Part shown: piece after piece, positions 50,601-55,109 of the stretch
Numbering within the stretch: the first letter of the stretch is position 1
Layout of the letters: each line of letters starts with the position of its first letter
Assembly: GCA_904063045.1 (NCBI GenBank)
Contig: CAJFCJ010000074.1
Coordinates: 25,515-80,623, forward strand
Direction: 5' to 3'
DNA: 55,109 nt
DNA from: Dimorphilus gyrociliatus
Lineage: Eukaryota > Animalia > Annelida
Program-made: the position numbers and the translations under genes
Notes under the pieces: generated by a model
Told to the model about the DNA's origin: nothing
The model's database searches: none
What the model saw: the letters and a program-made list of their open reading frames with translations, nothing else

Positions 50601-52642
50601 ATGAAGACAATTATTATTCAGATTCTACTGTTTTGTCTCTGTAAGTAAACTTTAATTGATTTATGTTTCTTATTATATATGAATTTCTATAATTTTAAAA
50701 TTAGAAATACTTAAATGTTTTCATCAAATAGCTATGATCTTTAATTATTGTTCTTTTTTTACAACATTTTACAGCTCTTCACTCTTCTGATGCTACACTT
50801 TCCCCATTTATCTGTCCCGTTGATGACCAACAAAGACCTATAAATGGTGTGTTTAAGGATAGCATTTTATGTGATACTTATCATCATTGCATAAATGGAA
50901 CTGCATTTCTAAGGAAATGTCCTCCTGGACAGCATTTTAAAATTATATTATCAGACTGTAGCTTTTCTGCCTGTGTTGATCCAGAATTATCAGATTGTTC
51001 AGAGACTCTAAAGGCATCACTACCTTCTCAAAAAATACGTCAATGTGAGACAGGTGAAAAAAATTCGAATAATGGTGAACAATGTTTTACTAGAGTAAGC
51101 GAATGTAGTTCTAATAGCAATGAAACAGTTCCAAGTTTTCTTGATTGTAGAATTTACTATCACTGTAGAAATGGTGTTTCCTGGCCACAGCAATGTCCTG
51201 ATGGCTATTATTATTCACTAAATGTTAATACTAGAGAATGTAAAGCTGAAATGTGTGTACCATTTGAGGTTGCCAGATGTCCATTGGCAGGTGGTTGGTC
51301 TGCATGGTCACAATGGGGTGACTGTGAACCAGAGTGTGGTGGTTTTGGAATTGAAACAAGAAGAAGGGAATGTAACAATCCTCCTCCTCAGAATGGAGGA
51401 GCTGAATGTCCTGGTGTTCCGATAGAAATAAGAGAATGCAAACCACCTGATTGTTCAGGGTCTACAAGCCCAGCATTTATGCTTTCTTTACAGGAAAATA
51501 CAAATGTAAATAACGGAAAAATTCCATGGAGTTCTATTGATGTGAATGATGACAATCTATATAATAGCAATAAAAAGGAAGTAGAGATTAAAAAGCCTGG
51601 AATGTATTTTTTCTCTATGACAGCAACAACTCTAACAAATACTTGGATGTCCCTAGAAAACACTGGAATTAACATAGGTCTGTCAAAAGAGATACATTTT
51701 AGTGACAGACTACTCACTGAAACTATTACAAGAAGTGGTTTATTTTCCTTAAGCAGCTTATTTAAACCAAGAGTTGTACACCTTCTAAATGATTCGAATT
51801 TGATAGGTAGCAATGATGGAAAGGATACGTCCTGGTTGGGTTTTAGATATGAAAGCAATAGTTTTGTTAGTGCTGCTCTTGGTGTAAAACAGAATTCTCC
51901 AGGTTTTTTATCTCTAAATACCATATTTTTAAATAGAGGTTTCACTATTTCAAACAATAACAAGATTTTTACATCTAGAGAAGCTGGTCTATATTATATT
52001 AATTTTGGAAGTGGAATTGAGGAAGGTAATAGTGAACACAACATCATTCTTTCTGTTGCACGCTATATGGCATCTTACACAAGAATATATTCTAAACCTC
52101 CTGGCATTGTAAATCGGCAATCAGCATATCCTTCATCCAGAGGATTTCTACAAGACTTACATGAAAATACTGTTTTACAATTGTCAGCAAGTAATCACGT
52201 GACAAGCTCTAAATTGGAGACATATCTTCTTGCATTTAAAATAAATAGCTCTTTTCCAGCTGTATTTCTAGTTAAAAGTCATCAGGGACAGAGTCAATGT
52301 CGACCAATATTTGGAATACAAGGATTACAGTTTGAAAATGTACTGGTGGATACGTTGAATTCATGGAATACTACAGGATATTTTACAGCCCCCATAGACG
52401 CAGCCTATTTTGTAGAAGTTAACTTGGTAGCTATAAGAACAACAGAACTTATTGTTGAAGTAAATGATCAAGTAGCTTTCAAGTTGAAACATGTAATGAA
52501 ACATTCAGGTGAAGCGGAATTATCAACCAGAACAGCTTTATTAAGGTTAAAGGAAGGAGATATTTGCAAAATAAAGTATAGAGGTTGTCTAGAACATATG
52601 ACTATGTCAAGTTCATTCACTATATTTGCTATTCAAAACTGA
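50601..52642 (+). CDS. Duplicate copy of secreted protein 1 (CBM14 x2, TSP1, C1q x3)
   Basis: 597-aa ORF translation identical to 32715-34508; exon 1 50601-50640, intron 50641-50774. Confidence 0.92.
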
Positions 52643-53359
52643 TGTAATTGTAAATTACTAAATCTATTATTACTTATTTCTTCAATTTCAATAAATAACA
52701 GCTTTAGTTTTTATGCCAATCAGTATTTTAGTTCTGCTCTGAGGCCTAATGTTTTACATATAAAATCCAAAAAAGAATAGTTGTTAGTGAATCTGTTTAG
52801 AATTAAACTATGTGGACGCGACAGACAATGTGTATGTATTTGAAGTTTTATCCAGCTCTTAGTCAAACCCACTTAACAATAAAGCAAATGTTCATTAAAT
52901 TTCCAAGCCCAATTTCAATCTAAACTGTAACCACAAAGTTTCCAAACAGTGGACATTTTCTGTCAACCCCAGGTTATGCTATCAAATGGGTGACTTTATA
53001 AGTATTTTTGTTATAATCTTAGGTTTATTTGTATCCAATTAGTAGCAGATGACACTTGATAAGTGTGCAGTCAGAATACAAAACTTACTGTCATCAAGGT
53101 TCATCTGCTACATGTGAATAAAAGATGTGCAAAACTTGTTAAGATAATACATAAATTGTCTTTGGTATAATTTAGAAAATCAACAACACAGTCACAGAAA
53201 ATGATATCAATGATAACTTATCATTTGTTTTTTTTTAAAACTAATTTTAGACTTTTAAATAATTTTTTATGATTATAAATCACTTTTCTTTTATTGAAGA
53301 TAATACTTTGAATTTCACTAGAAAGCAAAAATGAAGATTATTGATATCATTCAAATATG

Positions 53360-54320
53360 ACTGTTATCGGACCAGGTGAAACCATACAAATTAGGTATCT
53401 TATGGTCAAGAAATCAAGACTTTAATTAAAGAGAAGAACCAAGAAGGCTTATCTATGGGCAGATTTCAGAGATTTGTAATATTCCAAAATCTTCCATACA
53501 ATACATTATTAAACCAAATAAAACCAAGAGTGGAGGTGTTGGGAGACCAAAATCTCTGTCAATTAGAGATAAAACCCTCATGAAGAGGGGAATAAACAAA
53601 CTGAAGAAAGAGAAACAGAGGGTTACAAGTACAAAACTGGCATATGAATGCAACCTTACTGTTTCAAAAACAATGATTCAAAAAAAGCCCTTAAAGAAAT
53701 GGGAGGAAAACTTAAAAAAATCTCTCAGCACCCCCCTCTCAAGAAGAAAAATAGACTTCAGCAAGTGGAAATTTGTTGAGGGTGATTTGAAAATAAAATA
53801 AATTTGGACAATGTAATCATTTCTGATGAATGTAGATTCAGTTTTCATGGGCCAGATAGCTGCCAAACCTGGCAGTTTAATCCAGAAAGGGAAAACTTAA
53901 GATGTTAACAATCAATGGGTGGTGGAAGAGTCATGATCTGGGGATGTATGGGACCAGATGGTTTAGTGCTCATTTCTAGAATTGAAAAAAAATATACAAA
54001 GGGATGGTACCTGGCTCTCTTGAAAAAAGAGGTCATGTCATTCCTAAAAAAAGATATAGGAAGGGTTTCATTTTCCATCAGGACAATGCTCCTTGCCACA
54101 AGACCAAAATTGTCCTAAAATATTTCAAGACTGGAAAGTGCGCAGTCTTACCATGGCCAGTTTACTCCCTAGATCTCTCTCCCACAGAGGATGTATGGCA
54201 TTTGCTAAAGAATATGGTGTATGATCACAGTTTAGCAAAAAGGAAATTTTGTGGAAGTGTATCAAAGAAAAAGTTGAAATACTGAACAAAAGATGGAAAA
54301 AAGACTTATTTGCCCTTCAC
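53360..54320 (+). mobile_element. Duplicate of the degenerate Tc1 at about 31030-31990
   Basis: ORFs 53580-53801 and 54004-54285 identical to the left-arm copies. Confidence 0.85.
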
Positions 54321-54740
54321 AACTCATTGCTGAAGAGAGGACTGGACTGCATCCAAAAAAATGGCTTGAAGCTAAAATATTAAAATTTTGTAAATGTACA
54401 TTTAATTAAAAATTAAAAAATATACAAAATATAAGGATATACAGAAAATTTTCATAAGTAGCTCATAAAAATTTCAAAAAATTTCTTTTTCCTTGTTTTA
54501 ATGTTTTAAAATAAATATTCTATTTTTCTATCAGTTCCAGAACTACTCAAGCTTTGATCTAATCTTATCTTATCCAATTTCCTACCTTGTTTATCTAAAA
54601 TAACTGAAAATAAAAATATGCAACATCCACAATCGATTGATGGATAATGATAGGATTACTATTTCTTATTAATTAGATAAAACTCATGGATTAGTATAAA
54701 ATTGGAAAATTTTCTTTCATTTTAACATTAAAGGTGAAAC

Positions 54741-55109
54741 ATGAAACTTTTCACTTTTAGTTTATTGTGTAAGTAATTTATTGTTTGTTTAGTTTTTTCT
54801 GAACAAAAAAACACCATTTATGCTATTTTTAACATTTTAACAGTGTTGTCATTTGTTGAATGCAAATGCCCTCCATTTTCTTGTCCTCTTAACTCCGAAC
54901 TGAAACCTCTTGATGGAACCTTCCGTATTCCAGTTTATTGTGGATATTATTATCATTGTAGAAATGGTACTGGCCATTTTCGACAGTGTCCGCCTGGACT
55001 GTTTATTCCATTTTGTTTAAAGAATCTAAGTTTTCCATGTGCCAGAAACCGAATAAGGGTGATAATTGCTTAGAAATAAATTCTACATATGCCACTGAAT
55101 CAGATACCC
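54741..55109 (+). pseudogene. Duplicate 5' part of secreted protein 2 with a 1-bp frameshift (real or sequencing error)
   Basis: Exon 1 54741-54768, intron to 54843; GGACTGTTT here vs GGACTGGTTT in the left copy shifts the frame after CPPGL and stops at 55073. Confidence 0.7.

Larger units (their letters stand above)
49299..55109. repeat. Right arm of the inverted duplication (runs off the window)
   Basis: Begins GGATTGATAATACTTATC, the reverse complement of sequence ending at 36058; the last bases match 30236. Confidence 0.97.

Noticed and set aside
31030-54320. Composite transposon bounded by the two inverted Tc1 copies
   Set aside because: The duplication extends well beyond the Tc1 copies on both sides, so they are passengers rather than boundaries.
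1-55109. rRNA, tRNA, prokaryotic operon or viral (polinton/NCLDV) genes
   Set aside because: None recognised; spliceosomal introns and metazoan domain content throughout.

Overview
AT-rich animal genomic DNA with short GT-AG introns (typically 48-75 bp), so the six-frame ORFs are exon fragments. The compact gene structure and gene families suggest a lophotrochozoan, possibly a compact-genome annelid; this is inference only. The left half is an array of large multidomain rhodopsin-class receptors (SRCR-like, C-type-lectin-like, LDLa repeats, LRR, 7TM; GRL101/LGR-C-like). Two are apparently complete, one runs off the left edge, and one is a 7TM-only remnant next to Tc1 insertions. Next come a stand-alone Caspr/neurexin-IV-type fibrinogen-like domain gene and two tandem secreted genes (2x chitin-binding CBM14 + TSP1 + 3x C1q). 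A near-identical inverted duplication of at least 5.8 kb (30236-36058 vs 49299-55109+) brackets a 13.2 kb block holding a DUF4781-like ORF, a lone RING finger, Tc1 and nested MULE transposons, and the most striking gene in the window. That gene is an 18-exon, phase-consistent model of about 1390 aa fusing two catalytically dead caspase-like domains, ZU5/UPA-like modules with a PIDD-type HFS autoproteolysis motif, and a C-terminal caspase retaining the His/Cys dyad (AHG...NCCRG). All domain calls are motif recognition by eye, not database hits, and some single-base frameshifts may be sequencing errors.
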